From the NCBI GenBank assembly GCA_044225505.1, contig JBGAIN010000028.1:1-64000 (forward strand): a stretch of DNA of 64,000 bases, written 5' to 3'. Under the pieces are notes generated by a model. That model made no database searches and was not told where the DNA came from. It worked only from the letters and a program-made list of their open reading frames with translations. The DNA is from Limisphaerales bacterium. GTDB taxonomy: Bacteria; Verrucomicrobiota; Verrucomicrobiia; Limisphaerales; SIBE01. Both the position numbers and the translations under genes were made by a program. Position 1 is the first letter of the stretch; each line of letters opens with the position of its first letter. Positions 49,393 through 59,366 of the stretch are shown here, piece after piece.

Positions 49393-50732
49393 TCAGCTCA
49401 AAAAACCAAGATCTGCCTGCGCAAATTTTTGGATGTTGGGAAATACGGAATCAGGTCAGTTGGGACGCCAAACCATGCGGCCAACGTCGCCCCATATTGG
49501 TCGGTGGACGTCGACGGGATCAGCGCTCCACGAGACCCGGAATCGTCAGGTCCACCCAACGCCATACTCGGAAACCGACCGTAGACATTTCCACCGTTTA
49601 CAGCTCCGCCCATAACCAAATGGTGATTGCCCCACCCGTGATCAGTCCCCGAACCGCTCGGTTGCAAGGTGCGCCCGAAATCCGACAAAGTGAAGCTGGT
49701 CACTCGGTCGGGAATACCTAGTTCAACCGTGGCCGAGTAGAATGCTGCCATCGCTTCGGACACCTGCTTCAGCAGGTCCCAGTGCTGCCAACTCTGAGAC
49801 CCGTGCGTATCAAACCCGCCGATCGAACAGAAAAAGACTTGCCGAGCCATGCCTGTAGAACTTCGCAGTTTGATTATCTTGGCGACCTGTTGCAGCTGAT
49901 TCCCCAATGTTGTTCCTGGAAATGGAGTGCTTAAAGTTGCGGAAGCACCGGCCAACATCGCGCTCAGATCCATCGCATCTTTCCGGACTTTGTTAGCCGC
50001 CTGCACCAGCGCCAAGCCACTGTCAAACTCCAAAACCTGCTGTAATCCATTTCGCCGAGCATCGGCCGCACTCTGAGGCCAGATCTGCATTCCGCTCGCG
50101 TCGAGGTTGAATCCCGGCAATAAGCTAGCGGACTGGACGACATTTCCGGCGCAGAACAACGCCGGCCCCGAAGTCGAGACACTCGCCGGAAATGTCGCCG
50201 CTCCGTTCAACAGGTGAACCATGTCAACGGCTCGAGCTCCCCAGCCTGTGCCCCCGGAAGTTGACGGCACGCCACTCTGCATCTGTTGAATTTGATCGGA
50301 GTGAGAAAACAGGTTTGTCGGAACTGGAACGGCATTCGCCAGGAACTGTGCGCGATTGACCGGTTGCACGAGCATGCCGACATTCGCCATGACAGCAAGA
50401 TGTCCCTGCGACCAAAGCGGATGAATGGCAGACAGGCCGGGATTCAGCCCATAAGGAGTGCCGTCCTTCGCTTCTACCGTAAGGAGTGCACCGTTGTTGT
50501 CCGGCAACGCAATCGATCCGCGGGCGGCGCGATACGCATTAAACTCAGCCTGGGTCAAAGGCACCACGGTGTTATGTCCATCATTACCGCCGGCGAGGAA
50601 GATGCAAACCAGTGCCTTATAATCTGGTGGCGCCGATTGAGCGAGAGCATTGAGGCCGCCGAGACGGGCGAGGAACGCCAACCCGCCCAGACCACGCAAA
50701 AGTTGCCGGCGAGTAATCCGATGTTGTTTCAT
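49393..50732 (-). CDS. DUF1501 family protein (DUF1800 partner type), probable frameshift in the last ~20 codons
   Basis: ITRRQLL Tat signal; DYKALVCIFLAGGNDG, LFSHSDQ, GGFDTH, SDFGRTL, GTDHGWG; the expected tail VFPNIQKFAQADLGFLS* lies in a shifted frame ending at 49393. Confidence 0.9.
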
Positions 50733-50764
50733 AGGAACTTTAGTTGAGTGTGGAAGCGCCGCGT

Positions 50765-53659
50765 TCAATGCTGTACCGCGTATTGTCCGCTCAGGGTGGT
50801 TAGATAAAGAACGGTCTCAATGCGTGACTTAGCGTCATAGCCAGGCGTCGCGGCGTTGACAATTACCTGCTTCATCGCCGCGGGCATTCGACCGTAAAGA
50901 AAAGTCTGATTAGCAGCTTCGACCAACGCGACCATATCGTTCCCATATTTCTGGAATGGCGAGAGATCCACCGTGAAATCACCCGTTGGATAATTGAGTA
51001 TCGAGTAGATAAGATTGCCTCGAAGGGTCGCTTCCGTCGGGCTATAAATCTGAAATTCCGGACCAAACAGAGAACTCTTGGGCACCCGGTACAGGGGCGA
51101 GAACCAACTGAACACGGAAGGCGGACTAAGAATAGGCTGTGCCATATAATCGAACAAGTAACTCAGCTGCTGCCCACTGCTGAACTGGCCATTGAGCGCC
51201 CTCAACACCCCCGCGACTTGAAGAATCGGTTCCTTCAGCCTGCCGCCATTGGACGTCGGCACGTCCTGGCGGGCCTCCGGATCCAGCAAAATGGCGCGGA
51301 CAACCGCTTTCAGATCACCCCGCACTCCTGCTCCATTGTCGGCGAATACATCGGCGATCCGATGAATATAGCCTGGAGAGGGATTGCTCATAACGAGCGA
51401 ACGAATCAGCCGAGTGGCGACAAAAGGCGCAATGTTGGGATGGCTCATAACACAGTCCAGGAGCGCATCTAAATCCTGCAAGACCGTCTGTCCACCCGGC
51501 ACGGAGCAGCCCAGGAAAGACTTTGGGGAAGTGTCGTGATTCTGTTCGCGCGTTTCCATTCCGGCCTCGAAGTATTCCCAGTTGGCCGATCGCGGGGTCG
51601 CGCCTGGCGCGGTCCCGTAAGTCCATCCTGTCAATGCGAGCGCAACTTGGCCCACCGTTGCCTGCGTGTAGACTGGAATCGGACCACCGTTGCCGTCCAG
51701 TTGCTGGGAACCGTCCTGATTCAACTTCCACAGCCCGACCGTAAACAATTGCATAAACTCGCGGGCATAATTCTCGTTGGCACCGCCAGCCAACCCAGGC
51801 TTCATCGAGTTAGCCAAATCAAGGTATTTACCCATCGAAGGACTCATGGTGACGTCGCGAAGCAGATCACGATAATTCCCGAAAGCGTGCCTGCTTAACA
51901 ACTTCATCCAAGGCAAGATTTCATTGGCGTAGATTAGTTTATTGCCGGAAGTGACGATGATCTGGCCGAGGGCGTAGGCAACGCGTTGGCGAAGCTGATC
52001 AGGAGCAGAAGTGTAATTGTAGAGCGTCCATTGCCGCAGTGTCCCCATCGAATTGTCGGGAGGCGTTGGTATGGCCGTCTCAGGAAGCCCGAATTGCTCG
52101 TCCAAATAAGCTGGAAGTCCCAATTGCTGCACGCGGGCTAACGTCGCCGGGGATGGTCCAAAGGAAGACTGTTCGAGAAACCGAGCTGATGACAGCGAGA
52201 TTGTAGGCGGTGGAGGGGCGGTCAATGTTACACTGGCCTGCGCATAGGATGACGGGCTCGCGACCGAGGTTGCACGGATTGTCACGGCATTCGAGGCAGG
52301 CATCGTTGCTGGCGCCGTGTAAACACCGCTGGAAGTAATGGTTCCAACCGCCGAAGATCCTCCCACGATGCCGTTCACTGACCAAGTCACGCTGGGATCT
52401 GAATTCCCAGTAACGCCGGCCCCGAAGACCTGAGTCCCGCCCAACCCGACCGTTGTCGCTGTCGGCGAGATCGTCACGGTTACAGGCGGCGGGGGGAGCA
52501 CAAGTGTCACCATCGCTTGCGCAAAAGCACTTGGATTCGCCACGGAAGTCGCTCGAACTGTGATGGACGCATTCGATGGCAGACTCGCAGGTGCCGCATA
52601 AACTCCCGAACTGCTGATCGTCCCAAAGGTGGAAGAACCGCCTGTCGTTCCGTTTACCGACCATGTCACCGCGGTGTTGGAACTCCCACTTACAGTCGCA
52701 GAGAACGTTCGTGTGGAATTCAACGGTACCGTAGCCGTAGCAGGTGACACGGCCATAGTGATCGGCGGCGGCGGAGGCACGAGTGTGATCGTCGCTTGCC
52801 CGAAGGCTGTCTGACTTGAAACCGACGTCGCACGAATGGTTATGGTGCTTGAGGGGGGCATCGTGCTGGGGGCCCTGTAAATACCAGTGGTGCTGATCGT
52901 CCCGACATCGGTCGCACCACCCGCTATCCCATTCACTAACCATGTGACGGCAGGGTTAGCGCTCCCGGTCACACTCGCCGTAAAGCTGAGCGTGCTGTCT
53001 AGCCGGAGCGAGGCCGATGTCGGAGACACCGTAACGACCACCGGCGCCGTCGCGACAGCCACTGCTACCGCGTTCCCCGTCACCGCTCCTGGCCCAGGCT
53101 GCTTGACCGAGAACTGAATAGTGCCCGCACTGCCAGCTACTCCGTTGATCAACAGCTTCGTCGACGAGACAAACGTTGTCGGGACGGGCATTCCATTGGC
53201 CAAGGCTTGCGAGTCTGGGGCAAAGTTGCTGCCGTTGAAGCTTACGGCATACGTGCCGACCTTCAACTTCGACGGCGAAACACTCCAAAGCCAAGGATAC
53301 GGACGCGTTATCGTAAGTTTAGCAATACCGAACGACGTTGGATATTTTGTGCTCGTGGCTTTGACGAGAACTTGATTATTCATCGGCGCGCCGGACGGCG
53401 CTTTGTAAAGGCCACTCCCGTTGATTGTCCCAACCGTCAGATTACCTCCGGGAATATCATTGACGGACCATGTGATCGTATTCGGCGAAATGGGAACGTA
53501 CGCCGAGAACTGCCGACTCGTCCCAACTTCAATCGATGAGTTCTCTGGGTAAACAGCGATGGCTCCGGCAATCTGCGCGCGAAGATCGACTTCTCCAAAA
53601 CCGGCGCCGGCAAGCAATGCCAGCATCATCAGACCTGCCAGCGATGCAAAGCGTCCCAT
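50765..53659 (-). CDS. DUF1800 family protein with N-terminal Ig-like repeats
   Basis: Signal peptide from ATG 53659; four repeats with TW.VN...GG....GTI...G.Y.AP plus an IPT-like unit; ARFLEQSSFGP, DQLRQRVAYAL, SPSMGKYLD, NENYAREFMQLFTVG, GRLKEP. Confidence 0.92.
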   Translation of the reverse strand: MGRFASLAGLMMLALLAGAGFGEVDLRAQIAGAIAVYPENSSIEVGTSRQFSAYVPISPNTITWSVNDIPGGNLTVGTINGSGLYKAPSGAPMNNQVLVKATSTKYPTSFGIAKLTITRPYPWLWSVSPSKLKVGTYAVSFNGSNFAPDSQALANGMPVPTTFVSSTKLLINGVAGSAGTIQFSVKQPGPGAVTGNAVAVAVATAPVVVTVSPTSASLRLDSTLSFTASVTGSANPAVTWLVNGIAGGATDVGTISTTGIYRAPSTMPPSSTITIRATSVSSQTAFGQATITLVPPPPPITMAVSPATATVPLNSTRTFSATVSGSSNTAVTWSVNGTTGGSSTFGTISSSGVYAAPASLPSNASITVRATSVANPSAFAQAMVTLVLPPPPVTVTISPTATTVGLGGTQVFGAGVTGNSDPSVTWSVNGIVGGSSAVGTITSSGVYTAPATMPASNAVTIRATSVASPSSYAQASVTLTAPPPPTISLSSARFLEQSSFGPSPATLARVQQLGLPAYLDEQFGLPETAIPTPPDNSMGTLRQWTLYNYTSAPDQLRQRVAYALGQIIVTSGNKLIYANEILPWMKLLSRHAFGNYRDLLRDVTMSPSMGKYLDLANSMKPGLAGGANENYAREFMQLFTVGLWKLNQDGSQQLDGNGGPIPVYTQATVGQVALALTGWTYGTAPGATPRSANWEYFEAGMETREQNHDTSPKSFLGCSVPGGQTVLQDLDALLDCVMSHPNIAPFVATRLIRSLVMSNPSPGYIHRIADVFADNGAGVRGDLKAVVRAILLDPEARQDVPTSNGGRLKEPILQVAGVLRALNGQFSSGQQLSYLFDYMAQPILSPPSVFSWFSPLYRVPKSSLFGPEFQIYSPTEATLRGNLIYSILNYPTGDFTVDLSPFQKYGNDMVALVEAANQTFLYGRMPAAMKQVIVNAATPGYDAKSRIETVLYLTTLSGQYAVQH

Positions 53660-53788
53660 CGGATTCTGGCCATGACGGTTGCTGACCGGCTTCGGCTTTC
53701 CGAGTGGGGTAATCGTTCTGGATGCATCGTCAGGATCGCACCTTCGACCTTGGAGAATGGATATTGCCGTCACGGTGACTACCACTCG

Positions 53789-53803
53789 GCAATTGGTGTG
53801 CCA
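53789..53803 (-). promoter_or_regulatory. Sigma54 (-24/-12) promoter for the DUF1800-DUF1501 pair
   Basis: Minus strand TGGCAC-ACCAA-TTGC, exact consensus spacing, about 130 nt upstream of ATG 53659. Confidence 0.7.
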
Positions 53804-54072
53804 CACTAAAACCAATCCTAGTAACGTTTCGAGCGGGAGGAATCTCTACGTAATTCACACAATAGTAGAACTACTCTAAGCCTGTTCGTTTTCATTTTCT
53901 CAAGGTTGCAGTCCCGCCAACGGCACGGCCTTCCACTGTCTCGTTTTGACTCTTTCGCGAGCCAACCCTGTGCACTAACCCCTCTGGGAAAAGTCCGAAT
54001 CTGGGCCTTTCGGACTATTCCGCATTATTGACGTTTGAACTAGGGTTTCGCAGGACTGTGAAAGGAGAATCT

Positions 54073-57000
54073 ATGATTACTGCAAAAGAGCGTTCCTTGA
54101 CATCACTGTATGGTAGTTGTAGTACAGCTCGTCTGATGATGCCTTTTGCTCAAATGCCTAACCCTGAATCAACGAAGTCAACGTTTGCTCGCTGCCTCGT
54201 CGCCGTCCTCTTTCTCGCCGGAATCGGGCACACCTTAGCGGCTCCGTCACTGCGTGTGGAAGCATCCGGCCCGGACGCACAAGGCCGAATCATCCTGCAT
54301 GCCCCCGGGAAAGAAGGCGCTGTCTATTCTCTCCAAGCGTCAACCAATCTGGCTGATTGGAACCAGATCGCCACTACCCACACTGGCCTCCTTCAATTTC
54401 CGGACCCGGCGACGCGCGAGTTCGCATCTCGCTATTACCGGATTGTTGAGCGCAATATCACGCAAGACGATGACTGGAAGAACCAGGTGCGCCTTCCCAA
54501 CGATCCTTTCCTTTCGACCCCAGGAGAAGTTGTCGGTCCGGAGATGCGTTGGATTAAGTTCGCCATCTCGCTGCGAGAACCTCACCGAGTTTACTACCAG
54601 GATAGCCAGAAATACGGGTTCCACTACGACTTCGCGCATCGAAGACTGGACCCTTTTACGAAAATGACACCTGCCGAGTTTGATCTGGTTGCGCTGCATA
54701 CCAACCAACAGCAGATCGTTCTCGGGGCAGTTTTGATACCCCCATTCCCAATCGATTCCGAGTATGGCATCCAGTTTGTCGGAACAGAGGCGTATGCTCC
54801 TGAAGACATTCGCAGGTATTTCGAGCTTGTTCGATCGACAGTTGTCAGTGACGTATCACTCCAGGCTTTCTATGTCCCAACCTACGAGCAAGCGCGCAGC
54901 GCAGAGGATAACCGCAATTACTTCTCCGCCCATGGTATTCAAGTTGCCTCGTCAGATCGGTGGGTTTTCGGAGACGATATCTATTCAACAGGTTGGGCAC
55001 TAGGACGTCTCAAATTCTTCTCCGGCGCAGAGATTTCGAATGCATTCGCAGACGGTCGCTTAACGCCGGAAGACATCTTGCTGACTGACGGAGTGCCTGC
55101 TGAAATTCCGGTCTTGGCTGGCGTTTTATCCTTAACACCGTCGACTCCGAACTCCCACGTTGCGATCCTTAGCAAGTCGTTTGGCCTTCCATTCGCCTAC
55201 ATTTCTGATCCAAACGAACGAACGCGGATTCAGCAACTTGTCGGAAAGGATATCCTGCTGCGACTTGATCCCTATGTAAACACGCTGCGTGTGGTGGAGC
55301 TTGGCCCTGACCTTCCGCCGAGTTTAAGGGCGGAGATATTGTCGCTCAAAGTTCCACCGCAGTTGCAGATCGTAGCAAAGCAAAAGAGGGGCGCTTTGAG
55401 TGCTTCGACAGATCAACTTACTCCGGCTGACATTAAGTATTTTGGGGGCAAAGCGTCCAACTTCGGGTTTTTGAGGCGGAACATCCCGGAACGGTCGCCG
55501 GTTGCACTGGCTTTATCCTTCGACCTGTGGGACACGTTTCTGGATCAGATCCTGCCAAGCGGCCAAACTCTGCGCAGCGCGATCGATGATCGACTTTCGG
55601 GGCATAGTTACCCTCCCAATGTCGCTGCCTTGAAAAAAGATCTTGCCGACATTCGCGCCTTGATTACAAAAAGCGCGAGATTTGCGGAAGGCCAGAAGGC
55701 CGCCATTTTGTCCGCGTTGGACGGGTTTACAAACACCCACAACATCCGATTCCGTAGCTCTACGAACGTCGAAGACAGCGAACAGTTTACCGGTGCCGGG
55801 CTCTATGACAGCTACAGCGGCTGCAAAGCGGACGATCTGGACGGTGATGAGATGGGACCGAGCCTGTGCGATCCAACGGAGAAGGAGGAGCGTGGCGTTT
55901 TCCGCGCGCTGCAAAAGGTCTATGCCAGTTTTTACAACGACAATGCCGTGATTGAGCGATTGCGTCACCACGTCGCGGAGAGCGATGTTGGCATGGCGAT
56001 TCTCGCTCACTACTCGACGCCGGATGAGACTGAATTGGCGAACGGCGTCGCCACCGTTCAAGTGGTGCGCGGCAGCGGCGATGGGAACAGTGTTAACGGG
56101 CCCTTGGTGACTCAAAAAGGAGCTGTTTCAGTCACCAACCCGGACGGAACTGCCACACCGGAGGTGGTTCAGGGTTACCATAGTCCCTTCGGTGTCGGAG
56201 GCTTTCTAAGTCAGCGGTCCGGTCTAGTTCCGCTTGGAGCTTATGTGATGCAATGGGACGCAGACTACGTCGGTCTCATGAGGCTCTTTGCCAAAGTCGC
56301 AGACGGGTATTACGCGTACTTTCCGAATAAGAAGGAGTTTACTCTCGACTTTGAGTATAAGCGGGTCTCCCCGGGAGTTCTGGACGTTAAACAAGTCCGG
56401 GAAGTGCCAGTGCTGATCTCGACGAACACACTACCCCAATTCCTGGTCCATGAAACCAACAGCTATTCGGTGTTTCAGGGTGAAGCCGGCGATGTATTCT
56501 CCAATCACCGGCTGAAATCCTTTTGGTCGTTTCAGGTTCGCAATATAAAAATCACTCCGGAGAACACACGGGAGTCTCTCTTTGCCAGCGTGCAGGCGGA
56601 GTATCGAATCGAAACGAACTTGGCAGCAATCTCGGGCCCCCTTACCGCCTTGCCCGGAGCTTACCACAGGGCGGACAAGACTTTAGTGGTTGACGGTTGG
56701 ACTCCTGCGACTGGCAATGGGCAGCACATCCTGGAACTCCGTACTGAGGTCCAGCCTCAAGGATTTCCAGGACAGGCGCCGGTTCTTACCTTGCGCGATG
56801 GGCGCGTCGAACTTCACGCGTGGTACGCTACCCCTCAACCCATCCTCGCCTGGGACATCGACAGTCTTAAACAGACAAGCGTTACGAATCATTTCGTTGT
56901 CCTAGAGCCGCGCCGAACGGTTTCTTCAAGTAGCCCTCTCCAGCATCGTGTCGCAACCTCGAGCAACATCGTAGTCGAAACCAGTTTCTATTGGCCGACT

Positions 57001-57333
57001 CCGCCAAGCCGCGGGATTGGCGAGAAAACCGCGCCGCTTGGTGCGTGGAAAGAAACTAAAATCACCGGTCTAACCACTCAACCGGTTGTTTTGCACAGTG
57101 AATATTCTCAAACCTATCGGCCCGGACATCACAATTTCAGCGAGGAGTTCATTTTTGAGCCCGTTCTCGAGCCCGGACTTTCCGCAGAGTCTCTCGCCGA
57201 ACTCCGTGCGGCGAATGTCCAATTCCTCCATGTGCTATTTAACTTCGAACGGAGTCAAATTACCGTTTTTGGGGTTGATGGGAAGTTTCGTGCGTTGCCA
57301 GTAAGCATGAGCGAAGGCAAAACATCGCCGTGA
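54073..57333 (+). CDS. Secreted PEP/pyruvate-binding (PEP synthase/PPDK ATP-grasp-like) domain protein
   Basis: AAGGAG before ATG 54073 (alternative start 54154); signal peptide; TPNSHVAIL, FGGKASNFG, RFRSSTNVED..FTGAGLYDS, DFEYK...VKQVRE. Confidence 0.88.
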   Translation: MITAKERSLTSLYGSCSTARLMMPFAQMPNPESTKSTFARCLVAVLFLAGIGHTLAAPSLRVEASGPDAQGRIILHAPGKEGAVYSLQASTNLADWNQIATTHTGLLQFPDPATREFASRYYRIVERNITQDDDWKNQVRLPNDPFLSTPGEVVGPEMRWIKFAISLREPHRVYYQDSQKYGFHYDFAHRRLDPFTKMTPAEFDLVALHTNQQQIVLGAVLIPPFPIDSEYGIQFVGTEAYAPEDIRRYFELVRSTVVSDVSLQAFYVPTYEQARSAEDNRNYFSAHGIQVASSDRWVFGDDIYSTGWALGRLKFFSGAEISNAFADGRLTPEDILLTDGVPAEIPVLAGVLSLTPSTPNSHVAILSKSFGLPFAYISDPNERTRIQQLVGKDILLRLDPYVNTLRVVELGPDLPPSLRAEILSLKVPPQLQIVAKQKRGALSASTDQLTPADIKYFGGKASNFGFLRRNIPERSPVALALSFDLWDTFLDQILPSGQTLRSAIDDRLSGHSYPPNVAALKKDLADIRALITKSARFAEGQKAAILSALDGFTNTHNIRFRSSTNVEDSEQFTGAGLYDSYSGCKADDLDGDEMGPSLCDPTEKEERGVFRALQKVYASFYNDNAVIERLRHHVAESDVGMAILAHYSTPDETELANGVATVQVVRGSGDGNSVNGPLVTQKGAVSVTNPDGTATPEVVQGYHSPFGVGGFLSQRSGLVPLGAYVMQWDADYVGLMRLFAKVADGYYAYFPNKKEFTLDFEYKRVSPGVLDVKQVREVPVLISTNTLPQFLVHETNSYSVFQGEAGDVFSNHRLKSFWSFQVRNIKITPENTRESLFASVQAEYRIETNLAAISGPLTALPGAYHRADKTLVVDGWTPATGNGQHILELRTEVQPQGFPGQAPVLTLRDGRVELHAWYATPQPILAWDIDSLKQTSVTNHFVVLEPRRTVSSSSPLQHRVATSSNIVVETSFYWPTPPSRGIGEKTAPLGAWKETKITGLTTQPVVLHSEYSQTYRPGHHNFSEEFIFEPVLEPGLSAESLAELRAANVQFLHVLFNFERSQITVFGVDGKFRALPVSMSEGKTSP

Positions 57334-57374
57334 TGTTGGGTCCACGGAATCCCTATGGAATCGTACCGCAGGTG

Positions 57375-59113
57375 CTAGAACAGGTTTTGTGCATCGCCCA
57401 CCATCGCCTTACGAACTAAAGGGATGGGGGGGCCGCCGAATCCTAGGAATGTATCGTGGAACTGTTTCCAGGCTTTTTGGCCTCCCCTGGTGGCACACCA
57501 ATCGTCGCGCAGCTTTCGGATCATTAATTTTCCCATGGTATAATTGAGGTAACCCGGATCAAACGTCCCACGCGCTGCTTGCTGGCGAGCAGTCGCGGCG
57601 TCCTGGAATCCAGCCTCGCGGAAGAGCCGCTCCGATTCTGCGACGGACATCGTTCCACGATGCATGCCGATGGCCGACACAAATCGGATGTTACGCAACA
57701 AGGCATTGAGGAGTTGCCCAATGTGCGCTGCTGGATCTCCGCTCCGCAACCCCAGTTCCCACATCAGCTCTTCTGTGTAATGCGCCCAACCTTCGGAGAA
57801 AGCATAACCGACGAAGACCTGGCCAAACTTTGAAGAGGCTCGGTTCGCATGCAGATACTGAAGAAAATGCCCAGGCCAAACTTCGTGCACGGACGTGAAC
57901 AAGAGATCAGGTTCAGCCGGAATGTAATCAAGTTGCTCGGCACTGGACCAGGTAGGTTCAGGTGGCGCGATGTAATAGATTGACGGCAAGTCCTTTTCGA
58001 ACGGACCGGGAATNNNNNNNNNNNNNNNNATGCTGAATTCCAGCGCATATAGGGCGGACTCTCATCCACGAGGGCTTGTTCTGGACCAGGGATGGTCACA
58101 ACGTCCGCGGCTTCAAGAAACTTGCGAAGTTCGGTCAATTGATTCCGCGCCGAGACGACGGGTCCGCCACCCGGTTTGAGCGCCTTCAACTGCTGCAGGC
58201 ATTCTTCGATCGATTTCCCCGGAGCCAACTTTTCCGCCGCCGCTTTTAATGCGGCGATGTTGCGCTCAAGGTCCCGTCGGCCGATCTTTTCAAGGTCGTC
58301 CAAGGAGATTCGAACCCGTTCCGTTTCCCAGAGCATTCGTTGAAATCGCTCAGGTCCCAGCGCGAACTCATCCGTGGCACGCTTGCTTTCAGCGTCGAAC
58401 CAGCTATCGAGCTCCTTAAGGCGAAGAACGGCATTGGTGTTGGCCGTAGCCAATTCGGCGAGTAACGCGTCATCGCGCACTCCGCGGAAAACCTTTAGCA
58501 CGTCTCCTTCGAAAAACGTTGCCAGACCGCCGAAGGTCGTTCGACCCATCCCAATTAGAGTTTGCGCCATGGGTGTTTGCAGATTTGCCCGGATCTGCTC
58601 CAAGGCCGCTGGCAGGTTCCGTAGATAGCGAACAAACGCCTTCGCTCGTTCTGGTAAGGGCGCGTAATCCCTCGTCAAATAGACGTTCGGATCGATTCCA
58701 CCGGAATTCGAGTAGTAGGCCGGGTTCAGAAAAGGGGCACGGGCATCTTCAATCCAAAAGATTTCCCCGTCAATCGTCGCAACCAGGTAATCTCTCTCAA
58801 ACTCCTCTTTCGGGCCGATCACCTTCTGCGATAGTGCTCCGGACTTGGTCGACTTCAGAAAGCGGACGTACTTCTCAAATCCCGCGCGGCTGTAATCGGG
58901 CAGCTGACCATCGAATTCATGACGGCCCGCAGTGACCGCCACATCGGGCCGGTATCGGAAGTACTCTGCGATAAACCCTTGGACAAAATCAGCCCAGGAG
59001 GAATTCGCTCGTTCCCCAGCCCCTGGGGGAGTCACCGCGGCGTCTGTCTGATTCCCTCCCTGGAAAAGTAAGTGGCCAGTCATGAGGAAAAGCAACGGGA
59101 GTTTCCGAATCAT
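57375..59113 (-). CDS. DUF885 family protein (single gene interrupted by an N gap)
   Basis: 5' part signal peptide, AGRHEFDGQLPD; 3' part IPGPFEK, HEVWPGHFLQ, FSEGWAHYTE, YLNYTMGKL, FHD; the frame break coincides with the Ns. Confidence 0.9.
58014..58029. other. Assembly gap (16 N)
   Basis: Run of n bases. Confidence 1.
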
Positions 59114-59366
59114 ACGGCTGTGTGGCAGATATACTTCTCCAAGTCAAGAATCCAGGCAGAAGAGAACCTCTCCCAGTTCTTAGGCGTTTCCTCAACCCTC
59201 GCCTGATCATGCCCCAACCGCGGGCGACAACCTCCTGCCGCTTCCCAGCCTCCGAGTAGCGTCAACCGTTAGCGACTCGAGTAGCGTGAATTTCAGAATC
59301 AACACTCCGGCTTTTGGAATTGCCATTCGCCCCTCGGCTTCCGCGGCCGACCCAGGCAGAATTCCG

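Noticed and set aside
57764..59113. Apparent split of DUF885 into two ORFs
   Set aside because: The frame change falls exactly at the 16-N gap; a gap of about 8 nt would restore RWNSA-xxx-IPGPFEK
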